A stretch of 45,557 nucleotides of DNA from Saprospiraceae bacterium. Lineage in GTDB: Bacteria; Bacteroidota; Bacteroidia; Chitinophagales; Saprospiraceae. Location: NCBI GenBank assembly GCA_040003045.1, contig JBDUDG010000001.1, positions 1 to 45,557 of the forward strand, given 5' to 3'. The notes beneath the pieces were generated by a model. That model was not told the origin of the DNA. It ran no database searches and saw only the letters and a program-made list of their open reading frames with translations. The position numbers and the translations under genes are program-made. Below, in pieces: positions 36,433-44,707 of this stretch; the first letter of the stretch is position 1, and each line of letters opens with the position of its first letter.

Positions 36433-37386
36433 TTATTTCGTACTGTAATAAACAACTGTGTCGCCTTTCATCGATTCATTCAATCGCAAAGCTTCCTTCC
36501 GGTATGAAGCTCGTTTGGCGGAAAATAACACGTTGAGCAAACTCTTAATTGGACCTTTTTTAGCTTCGCGCATTGAGATATTATGCATGTAATTTTCAGA
36601 TACATAGAATTGCTCATCTCTCGAGTCACAATAAATACCAGCCTGTGTCAACCCGGCTTTGTCCAACATCATTTTGATTCCCTGTAAAGATTGAAGATGT
36701 AAATGTCTTGGGGCATCAAGCTGGAACCAATTTTCCGCGTACCTACCAAATGAATAAGATACCAGTGGTGTTCTGATGAGGATGGTTCCGCCATATTTAA
36801 GATGCATTTTGGCCATCTTTAATGTTTTAACCGGATCAGGTGTATGTTCAAAGGAATGATGAAACATAATCAAATCAAACATTTCACTCTCTGGCAGGTC
36901 TTCTAAATTAATTCTCCTGATATCAACAGGATAGATTGATTCTCCAATAAACGGATCTATACCCATCAAATTCGTGTACCCCATTTTTTTTAGCATAAAT
37001 AATAGATGTCCCGCACCCGACCCAACATCTAAAATACGCCAGTGCTTCGGAGGTGATAACTTACCAATAGATAAAAGCGAGTAATCATAAAGTGCGTAGT
37101 GATCTATAAGCTTGAATAGCAATCCTCTTCTGTGAAATGAGCTTTTTGAAATAATATCAAAATAAAATGAAAATAATTTATTCTTTATCGAAACCGAAGA
37201 AAAGGAATAATATTTCTTGTCGGGATAATATTGGCCCAGGTTTTCCGGGATCTGATTTATTTGAATGGATTGGCAATGATTGCAAAAATCGTATTGAAAC
37301 TCATCACGCATCCCTAACTGCATTTCCCTTACCACGAATGATCTGAAATCTGACGTATTATCACATATTTTACAAGTATAATTCAT
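36433..37386 (-). CDS. class I SAM-dependent methyltransferase with N-terminal Cys4 zinc-ribbon
   Basis: 317 aa with CKIC...CNHC near the N-terminus, SAM motif I ILDVGSGAGHLLFMLKKMG, and a downstream FDLIMFHHSFEH / GGTILIRTP pattern. Confidence 0.8.
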   Translation of the reverse strand: MNYTCKICDNTSDFRSFVVREMQLGMRDEFQYDFCNHCQSIQINQIPENLGQYYPDKKYYSFSSVSIKNKLFSFYFDIISKSSFHRRGLLFKLIDHYALYDYSLLSIGKLSPPKHWRILDVGSGAGHLLFMLKKMGYTNLMGIDPFIGESIYPVDIRRINLEDLPESEMFDLIMFHHSFEHTPDPVKTLKMAKMHLKYGGTILIRTPLVSYSFGRYAENWFQLDAPRHLHLQSLQGIKMMLDKAGLTQAGIYCDSRDEQFYVSENYMHNISMREAKKGPIKSLLNVLFSAKRASYRKEALRLNESMKGDTVVYYSTK

Positions 37387-37460
37387 AATTTAAAATGAAC
37401 TTTATCAGTCATAAAAATGGAAAATGATCGCTTAGTTTCCATGTTGCGAAATTAAATTTT

Positions 37461-37468
37461 TATTTTTG
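37461..37468 (+). promoter_or_regulatory. candidate -7 promoter box for the 37502-40929 operon
   Basis: tatttttg matches TAnnTTTG, 34 nt upstream of the ATG at 37502, in a 115-nt divergent intergenic region. Confidence 0.35.
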
Positions 37469-37501
37469 CATTGAACCTCATTCTTCTTTTGACCAAAAGC
37501 A

Positions 37502-38296
37502 ATGCCCGACCATTCTTTTGCCGTTATGGCTTACCACGATTCCCCATATCTTGCTGCATGTCTGGAGTCATTAAAGGCCCAGATTGTCAAAAGTGAAATA
37601 TACATTACTACATCTACGCCATCTTCCTTTATTGAGAATATAGCCAGGAAATACGAAGTTGAACTTTTTATTACAACAAAAGGACAAGGTATAGCGCATG
37701 ACTGGAACTTCAGTCTAAACATGGCCAAAACCAAATATGTAACTCTGGCTCATCAGGATGATCTGTACCATAACGCGTATTCAACAAGTTGTATTAAGGC
37801 AAGCGAAAAGTATAGAGATACTTTAATCTGTTTTACCGGATACGACGAAGTAATAAACAATGCTAAAAGAACACGAACACTACTATTAAGTGTAAAAAGA
37901 TTGATGCTCAACTCTGCTATGCCAATTACTAATTACATTCATAGTAAAATCAGGAAGAATTTACTTCTGATCGCTGGTTGTCCTATCGCAGCTCCGAGTG
38001 TAATGTTTAATCTGGAACTTTTAAAGGATTTTCAATTTTCCTCTGAATTCTCAATCAATATGGATTGGGATGCCTGGTTCAGATTAGCGAATGTGGAAGG
38101 GAGATTTGTCTATGTAAAAAAGGTACTACTCACCCACAGAATACATCCTGGATCCGCCACGACAGCAGGATTAAAAGCAAATACAAGACAAGATGAAGAT
38201 TTGAAAATATTCAAACGATTTTGGCCGAATTTACTTGCTAAGTGGTTGGCGAAGATTTATGCAAAAAGCTACAAATCGAATATTGACACAGACTGA
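37502..38296 (+). CDS. glycosyltransferase family 2
   Basis: 264 aa with FAVMAYHDSPYLAACLESLKAQ at the N-terminus and a HQDDLY acidic motif, a pattern seen in GT2 enzymes of polysaccharide loci. Confidence 0.7.
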   Translation: MPDHSFAVMAYHDSPYLAACLESLKAQIVKSEIYITTSTPSSFIENIARKYEVELFITTKGQGIAHDWNFSLNMAKTKYVTLAHQDDLYHNAYSTSCIKASEKYRDTLICFTGYDEVINNAKRTRTLLLSVKRLMLNSAMPITNYIHSKIRKNLLLIAGCPIAAPSVMFNLELLKDFQFSSEFSINMDWDAWFRLANVEGRFVYVKKVLLTHRIHPGSATTAGLKANTRQDEDLKIFKRFWPNLLAKWLAKIYAKSYKSNIDTD

Positions 38297-38308
38297 TTAA
38301 TCCCCGCC

Positions 38309-39331
38309 ATGAATTCAAAATTTCTGTCCATCGTAAAATATATTGTCCTGCTTGGGGTTGCATTTGCTTTGCTTGCTTTGGCATTTAAAGGGATAAGTGT
38401 GTACGCCATACTGGACGAAATGCTGCAGGCAAAATTATCCTGGTTACTCCTTGCAATCATTATCAGCCTTACGGGATTTGTCAGTCGTGCAATTCGCTGG
38501 AAGTTACTGATTGAATCATTAGGCTATACACCATCCTTAAAGAATACAACTGCTTCCCTGATGGTCGGATATTTTGCAAATCTCGCTTTACCCAGGCTAG
38601 GAGAGGTGACACGATGCGGAACATTGAGCAAAGCTGAGTCGATTCCATTCAGCAGTTTGCTGGGTACAGTCATCGTAGAGCGGGTCATTGACGTCCTCAG
38701 TCTGCTTATACTATTATTCCTTTCATCACTCCTGGAAATAGACCGGTTAGGAAATTTCTTACACGCCAATATCATTCAACCACTTGGAGAAAAGCTTCAA
38801 AATGTCATGTCATCACCAAAGACAATGACTATTGTTATAATTCTTTTCATCGCGCTACTCATGACTATTTTCATCATCATGAGACGATCAAAACAAAATA
38901 AAGAAGAATCAAAAATTATTCATCTGATCAAAGGTCTTTTGAGTGGATTGCAATCTGTAACAAAACTTAAACGACCCTGGCTATTTATTTTTCATTCTGT
39001 CTTTATCTGGTTTCTTGCATTCCTTGGGATGTATGTCAGCTTCCAGGCATTGCCGGCGACAAGTGATTTGGATATAACTGCAGCTTTATTTATCCTGGTC
39101 ATCAGTGGATTAGGCATGGCAGCTCCGGTACAGGGTGGAATAGGAGCTTTTCATTTATTGGTTTCGCAGGGATTGACCTTTTATGGCTTGACTCAAAAAG
39201 ACGGTCTGGCATTTGCAACTTTGGTGCACACACTTTCACTGGCTTTGGTAGTACTATGTGGAATTACTTCGTTGATATTTCTTTTTTCAACTAATAAAAA
39301 ACGTTTAAACGAAAGCAAGCTTCAACAATAG
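38309..39331 (+). CDS. UPF0104 / lysylphosphatidylglycerol-synthase-TM-region family protein (flippase-like domain)
   Basis: 340 aa with ~8 TM segments. It has the characteristic RAIRWKLLI motif after TM2 and LPRLGEVTRC, and lies 12 nt downstream of a GT2 gene. Confidence 0.7.
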   Translation: MNSKFLSIVKYIVLLGVAFALLALAFKGISVYAILDEMLQAKLSWLLLAIIISLTGFVSRAIRWKLLIESLGYTPSLKNTTASLMVGYFANLALPRLGEVTRCGTLSKAESIPFSSLLGTVIVERVIDVLSLLILLFLSSLLEIDRLGNFLHANIIQPLGEKLQNVMSSPKTMTIVIILFIALLMTIFIIMRRSKQNKEESKIIHLIKGLLSGLQSVTKLKRPWLFIFHSVFIWFLAFLGMYVSFQALPATSDLDITAALFILVISGLGMAAPVQGGIGAFHLLVSQGLTFYGLTQKDGLAFATLVHTLSLALVVLCGITSLIFLFSTNKKRLNESKLQQ

Positions 39332-39402
39332 CCCATTTTAAAACAATGAAGCTTTAAAAGGGTATATTAGTTATCTGTTTTAGAATAAAACATTTTCAAA
39401 CC

Positions 39403-40125
39403 ATGTTTTCATTAAAATTTCAGGAAATAATCCGCAAACCCATCATTGGCATAAGCGCACTAATGCACAAAACAGGTGCTGCTAAAGTCTGGATGAGATT
39501 TACATCTGCGACGCAACGCTTTATCATATGGCGGTCCCCATTCATGCGATCGTTGAAGGCAACTCATTTCATTGACATCGGAGCGAATACAGGTGAATTT
39601 GCTTTAATAGCGAGAGCAGCATTTCCATCTGCTAAAATAATTTCCTTCGAACCGCAACCTATCGCATTTGATGCACTGAATAAGGTGATGAAAAAGGATA
39701 AAAACTTTCTGTCCTACCAAGTCGCCCTGGGAGAAAAAGAATCAACGGCCGTCATGTATGTTTCCCCTTTTAGTCCATCCAGTTCGTTTCTTTTCAAGAG
39801 CGAAGACGCTCAGGCACAGGAAATGCATTTGAAGACGCTGGACCAATACGAAAATTTTATAACCCCCGCTGACACAACGATCATGAAGATGGATGTTGAA
39901 GGATATGAATTGTCCATATTGAAAGGTGCGGAATTATTTTTAAAAAAGACCGACTGGATATATATCGAATGCAGGGCCACTGAACCTATTGGTTGCAGTT
40001 TTAGCGAGATTTATGATTTCCTCATTCATCGAGGCTGGGAATATCATGGTGCATATGACTCTGCATTTTCTACAAATGGCAGGCTAATGTATTTTGATGC
40101 TCTTTTTAGGAACACAAAAAAATAA
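39403..40125 (+). CDS. FkbM-family methyltransferase
   Basis: 240 aa with FIDIGANTGEFALIARAAFPSAKIISFEPQP and MKMDVEGYELSILKGA, the two FkbM signature blocks. Confidence 0.85.
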   Translation: MFSLKFQEIIRKPIIGISALMHKTGAAKVWMRFTSATQRFIIWRSPFMRSLKATHFIDIGANTGEFALIARAAFPSAKIISFEPQPIAFDALNKVMKKDKNFLSYQVALGEKESTAVMYVSPFSPSSSFLFKSEDAQAQEMHLKTLDQYENFITPADTTIMKMDVEGYELSILKGAELFLKKTDWIYIECRATEPIGCSFSEIYDFLIHRGWEYHGAYDSAFSTNGRLMYFDALFRNTKK

Positions 40126-40152
40126 AATTTAGCTGATCGGCATCCAACATCC

Positions 40153-40929
40153 ATGAAAATAACTGTCATCACTCCAGTGTATAATGGCGAATTAACCATC
40201 CGATCATGCATTGAAAGTGTGTTAAACCAGACTTATACTGAGGTTGAATACATCATCATGGATGCCGTCTCAAAAGATAATACCCTGAGCATTATTCATG
40301 AATATCCTCAGGAAAAAATAAAGCTCTTCTCTGGAAAAGATCAGGGTCTTTATGACGCCATTAATAAAGGTATGGATATCGCCTCAGGAGACATAATGTG
40401 CTTTCTCTGTGCTGACGATATGTACGCCGATAATTTTGTTCTTCGAAAAGTGGCCCATGCATTTCAGTCAGATCCTGACATTGATATCGTTTATTCAGAT
40501 ATTGTCTATGTCAACAGAAACAATATTTCCAGAATAGAACGCTATTGGAAATCTTCTTCATTCGTGCCTGGATTGTACCGGAAAGGATGGCTTCCTCCCA
40601 ACACTTCATTTTTCATCAAAAGAACATCAATGTTGCATCACGAAAAATTCAATATTAAATTCAGATATGCAGCAGATTATGAGTTGAATTATCGTTTGTT
40701 AGAAAAATACAGGCTAAAATCTGTCTACTTACCGGAAATTTTAGTCCTTATGAGAAGTGGAGGGGTTAGTAATTCAAATATGACCAATATTTACAAAAGC
40801 CTGAAAGATTGTTATGACGTATTACTATTTCATCATGTCAAATATCCATCCCTTTATATTATCAATACAATGTTTTACCGATTGAAACAAATTTATATTC
40901 CGTCTAAAATCAAAAGGAAATATGGGTAA
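40153..40929 (+). CDS. glycosyltransferase family 2 (WcaE-like size class)
   Basis: 258 aa with ITVITPVYNGELTIRSCIESVLNQTYTEVEYIIMDAVSKDNT and an acidic motif CADDMY. Confidence 0.85.
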   Translation: MKITVITPVYNGELTIRSCIESVLNQTYTEVEYIIMDAVSKDNTLSIIHEYPQEKIKLFSGKDQGLYDAINKGMDIASGDIMCFLCADDMYADNFVLRKVAHAFQSDPDIDIVYSDIVYVNRNNISRIERYWKSSSFVPGLYRKGWLPPNTSFFIKRTSMLHHEKFNIKFRYAADYELNYRLLEKYRLKSVYLPEILVLMRSGGVSNSNMTNIYKSLKDCYDVLLFHHVKYPSLYIINTMFYRLKQIYIPSKIKRKYG

Positions 40930-40935
40930 TAAAAT

Positions 40936-41601
40936 TTAATTTACCCAATAACACAAAATATCATCTTTAATCTCCAACTGATAATTTGAATTTTTTGCTC
41001 TGATATATCCAGTCACTTTGACTACTTCAGGATAATCGCGTTTGCCGGTGAATAGTCTTGCATCATCAATCAAAATGATGTGATTAAACTGGTTCTTTCT
41101 ATTAAAAATCGCATCTATTTCCTCATATATTGGGCAGGATTTGTCACCCTTTGCAGTTACACCTGCAGAATAATGGCCATCCAGCCAAAAAACGACAGGT
41201 TCATGAATATTATTTAATATTTCCGGTAACACCTTGCCGCTATCTCCCTGAACGATGGTGACTTTTTCATTATTTCTAAATCTTTTTTTTGCTTTTCTAT
41301 ACAAATGACCTGCTAACTCTATCGAAATAATTTTATTAAATCTATCTTTTTGAGCTTCTACCATATCTCCTAAAAATGTTCCGGTCTCGATGAAGACATG
41401 GTATCCGGATTTTCTTTGGTAGTCTTCAATAGCCATTTGTTTTACGAAATGAGGCGGAGGGGCAGGGCATCCGGCTTTCTGCCAATTATCAAATTCTCGT
41501 TGCTGGTAACTGTTGTTCAATTTGTTCAAAACAAATAGTGGCAGAAAAGGCTTCAAGTGATACCTGAGGACATTTTGAACAAAAGAAATTAAGTTTCCCA
41601 T
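40936..41601 (-). CDS. putative class I SAM-dependent methyltransferase
   Basis: 221 aa with FIETGTFLGDMV (motif I-like), IISIELAGHLYRKAKKRF, VTIVQGDS and VFWLDGHYS. The assignment is by pattern only. Confidence 0.45.
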   Translation of the reverse strand: MGNLISFVQNVLRYHLKPFLPLFVLNKLNNSYQQREFDNWQKAGCPAPPPHFVKQMAIEDYQRKSGYHVFIETGTFLGDMVEAQKDRFNKIISIELAGHLYRKAKKRFRNNEKVTIVQGDSGKVLPEILNNIHEPVVFWLDGHYSAGVTAKGDKSCPIYEEIDAIFNRKNQFNHIILIDDARLFTGKRDYPEVVKVTGYIRAKNSNYQLEIKDDILCYWVN

Positions 41602-41708
41602 TTACTGCTTTGTGTAATTACATCAAGTTGATCGCTTCGGACTAAAATACCGAAATGCGCGCTACAATGTGGAAATCCAAAAATCAAAATTTTATTTAAA
41701 CAAGATAT

Positions 41709-43385
41709 CTATCCCTTCCTCTTAAACACCTTAATCTGCTGATCACTTTTTGGTGCATATCCTGTAACTTCTGCATCCCATTTATACATGGTCGTTTCAT
41801 TGTAGATGTCCACAATGCCCACCATGTCATAATTGGCAGCTGAATATCCATTGAACCAACCGAATATTGTATCAGGTGCACCCACTTTTCCAAGCCATGA
41901 TGCTGAAATCAGGCAATAGACAATAAATTTCGGTTTATTTTTTTCAATTTCAGCAGCCATTTCATTTTGCATCTGCTGATTGAATGGCTGGATCTCCACC
42001 AGAGGATAGGTATATATATAACCAGTTGCGGAAAGACGATCGGCATAAAACATAATCTGTGGTTCGGAACCCATCACGGCGATCCTGTCCGTGTCGGCTG
42101 AATTCTTTTTTATATACTCCGCAATTTTTATGGATTCGTTGAATGGGTTATTTCCATATTGCTTTTTGGCAATCTGCGCCGTAGTTGAATTAAAATAAAA
42201 ATCTTTGTTTCCTGAAACTGCTGCGATTCCTGCGAAGCAGAAAATAAGAAATGGCATGATCGCGATATACCTGCTTTTGGAATAGCGGCTGAGGATATCT
42301 GTGAGATAATATAAAGCCACACCTCCCATCAAACCAATCGCAGGTAAAAAACAAATGAAATAGTGCCGCCTGAAATAAAATCCGGGACACACTGTCAGAA
42401 AGGCTGAAATGCTGAAAAGAAAAATAAACAATTTCTGTTTCACAGTAAATTTTGAAAGGAAGGTTAGAATGATCCCTGCAAAAAATAGAATCCAGAAAAA
42501 AGTAAATTCACTCAGCATTGGTTTGAAACGAGCTACAAATTCTTTCATGCCGTCATCTACTGAAAGACCAAGTGCATATTTGCCTGCATAGGCCATTGTC
42601 CAGAACCAGAATTTATCGAATGTCCCTGCTCCTTTTAAGATAAGGACCAAAATGGCATATGGCAGTAAAGCTGCAACGCTGTAAACGAGTCCTTGTAGTA
42701 ACACCGGGCCTATTTTAACAGGCTTTTCCATCAAACCGGTCATGACTACCGCAATTCCTCCAAACACAATGAAGAAAACTGCCTGCTGCTTCATCATAAA
42801 TGCAAGACCCATCATTAGCCCAACCAGACCTGCTGTAATGATCGTCCTCTGATCATAGAAGCGAGAGAGAAAATATAATGCGATGGCCACAAAAAAAGTG
42901 ATGAAGTGTGTAGCATGCGCAGCGAAGCCTAACACTGTCGGGCTCACTGACATGATCGCATAAACACCAGCGGCAAATAGAGCCACCTGCGCATTAAATA
43001 ATTTTTTAAACGCCAGGAAAAGAAATAAGATGGTACCTATTCCCATCACAAGAACTCCAAAATGAATACCAGAATTTGTCTCTCCGAAAATGGTCATTAT
43101 AAATGCATACATGGCAGAGGTCCCGGGAAGCTTCATCGTGTATGCCTCTTTAAAAGGAGCAATACCTTTCATCAGCAACTTGGCGATATAGGCATACTCA
43201 CCTTCATCTCTTTCAAAAGCAATGTTCAATAAGCGAAGACGAATCAAAGAAGTGCAAAAAATGACAATACCTAACGCAGCCCAATAGAATGTATCACTGA
43301 TAGGCTTTTCCTGAGGGGCAACACGAGCAGATTTTTCAGAAACTTTCTTTGACTTAGGAACAGGTTTTTTGCCGGAATTACTCAT
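41709..43385 (-). CDS. ArnT-like GT-C glycosyltransferase (divergent)
   Basis: 558 aa with a Lys-rich tail MSNSGKKPVPKSKKVSEKSAR. After TM1 comes NIAFERDEGEYAYIAKLLMKG (D60-E61), followed by ~12 TM segments and a ~150-aa soluble C-terminal domain. Confidence 0.65.
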   Translation of the reverse strand: MSNSGKKPVPKSKKVSEKSARVAPQEKPISDTFYWAALGIVIFCTSLIRLRLLNIAFERDEGEYAYIAKLLMKGIAPFKEAYTMKLPGTSAMYAFIMTIFGETNSGIHFGVLVMGIGTILFLFLAFKKLFNAQVALFAAGVYAIMSVSPTVLGFAAHATHFITFFVAIALYFLSRFYDQRTIITAGLVGLMMGLAFMMKQQAVFFIVFGGIAVVMTGLMEKPVKIGPVLLQGLVYSVAALLPYAILVLILKGAGTFDKFWFWTMAYAGKYALGLSVDDGMKEFVARFKPMLSEFTFFWILFFAGIILTFLSKFTVKQKLFIFLFSISAFLTVCPGFYFRRHYFICFLPAIGLMGGVALYYLTDILSRYSKSRYIAIMPFLIFCFAGIAAVSGNKDFYFNSTTAQIAKKQYGNNPFNESIKIAEYIKKNSADTDRIAVMGSEPQIMFYADRLSATGYIYTYPLVEIQPFNQQMQNEMAAEIEKNKPKFIVYCLISASWLGKVGAPDTIFGWFNGYSAANYDMVGIVDIYNETTMYKWDAEVTGYAPKSDQQIKVFKRKG

Positions 43386-43408
43386 TTTAGCTTTCGCATG
43401 ATTTGATG

Positions 43409-43416
43409 CAAAAGTA
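43409..43416 (-). promoter_or_regulatory. candidate -7 promoter box for the 43385-41709 gene
   Basis: Plus-strand caaaagta is TActTTTG on the minus strand, 24-31 nt upstream of the ATG. A possible -33 TTTG (plus-strand caaa, 43433-43436) has a 16-nt spacer, which is slightly short. Confidence 0.35.
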
Positions 43417-43591
43417 GATTAAAATGACGGACCAAAATGAACCTGAAAAAAGGCTATACAAGGAGCAATAGCATGTCACCTCTCTTAATTATTCTTTTTA
43501 GCTTCCGAAGATTGGAGCCCTATCTCGATATGAATCGGCTGTTTAGTTTGTAAAATGTTTACAACGCATTCAGGCCATTTATCTTCTCAAT

Positions 43592-44671
43592 TTAAGCACA
43601 AAACCTAACCAACAACTCCACTATTTTCTCAGACGCCTTCCCCGATCCATAAAGCTGAACATCATCTCCCCTGACACTGGCCTGCTCATGAATCAAAGAC
43701 ACCATATCCACATCTTTCGATGGCGGAAGCACTACATTCCAACGATGCTGGACCAATTCAACCCACTCCGTTTCAGATCTCAGGGTCACACAAGGCACGC
43801 GATGGAAATACGATTCCTTCTGCACGCCTCCTGAATCCGTAATGATCAATGCTGCCTGGCTTTCCAGTTCGATCATGTCCAGGTATCCAAGAGGTTCAGT
43901 CAGAAATACATTTTGCAGACTAATATTAAATTCATTCAGCTTGGTGCGTGTCCGGGGATGCAAAGGCAATATCACAGGCACTTTTTTCGCAACTTCATCC
44001 AATACATCACAAATCAATTGCAATGCTTCTGCTGTATCCGTATTCTGCGGACGATGAATTGTAGCGAGATAGTATTTCTTGGGCTCGATATTCAGATGCT
44101 TCAGCAAATGAATCCGCTTATGCGCTTTTTCAGCATAATACAATGCCGCATCATACATCACATCACCTACCTGGAAGATTTTATCTGATGAAAAACCTTC
44201 CACTTTCAAATTATAATCAGCTGTATCCGTTGGCGTGAAAAGTAAATCAGCAATATGATCCGTCATCATGCGATTGATTTCTTCAGGCATCATTCGGTTG
44301 AATGAACGAAGGCCCGCTTCAATATGTGAAATCGGAATATGCAATTTTACCGCTGCAAGCGCGGCTGCCAATGTTGAATCTGTATCACCAAAGACATTTA
44401 CAATATCAGGTTTGATTTCTTTCAGTAATATTTCGATCTGTTCCATCATCCGGCCCGTCATGGCACCATGACTTAAGCCATTTATACCCAAATGATAATC
44501 CGGAGCTTTCAATTCCAATTCATCAAAAAATATATCTGACATGTTCGGATCAAAGTGTTGGCCGGTGTGAATGATGATCTCTTCCACTCCACCATGTTTT
44601 GCCAAAGCCCTGGACACAACGGATGCTTTTACAAATTGCGGTCTGGCTCCCAGTACCGTGACAATCTTCAT
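43592..44671 (-). CDS. wecB: UDP-N-acetylglucosamine 2-epimerase family (non-hydrolysing; WecB or WbpI-type)
   Basis: 359 aa with MKIVTVLGARPQFVKASVVSRAL, IIHTGQHFDPNMSDIFF, GDTDSTLAAALAA and ITDSGGVQKE. The substrate (UDP-GlcNAc versus a 2,3-diacetamido uronate) cannot be decided from sequence by eye. Confidence 0.88.
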   Translation of the reverse strand: MKIVTVLGARPQFVKASVVSRALAKHGGVEEIIIHTGQHFDPNMSDIFFDELELKAPDYHLGINGLSHGAMTGRMMEQIEILLKEIKPDIVNVFGDTDSTLAAALAAVKLHIPISHIEAGLRSFNRMMPEEINRMMTDHIADLLFTPTDTADYNLKVEGFSSDKIFQVGDVMYDAALYYAEKAHKRIHLLKHLNIEPKKYYLATIHRPQNTDTAEALQLICDVLDEVAKKVPVILPLHPRTRTKLNEFNISLQNVFLTEPLGYLDMIELESQAALIITDSGGVQKESYFHRVPCVTLRSETEWVELVQHRWNVVLPPSKDVDMVSLIHEQASVRGDDVQLYGSGKASEKIVELLVRFCA

Positions 44672-44707
44672 ATCGTGGAATGTTTCAGTAGGAAGAAAAG
44701 AATTACG

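Noticed and set aside
43548-43564. ttgtaaa-atg-tttacaa hairpin downstream of the 2-epimerase gene as a terminator
   Set aside because: The stem is only 7 bp and AT-rich, and no U-run follows on the minus strand. The evidence is insufficient.
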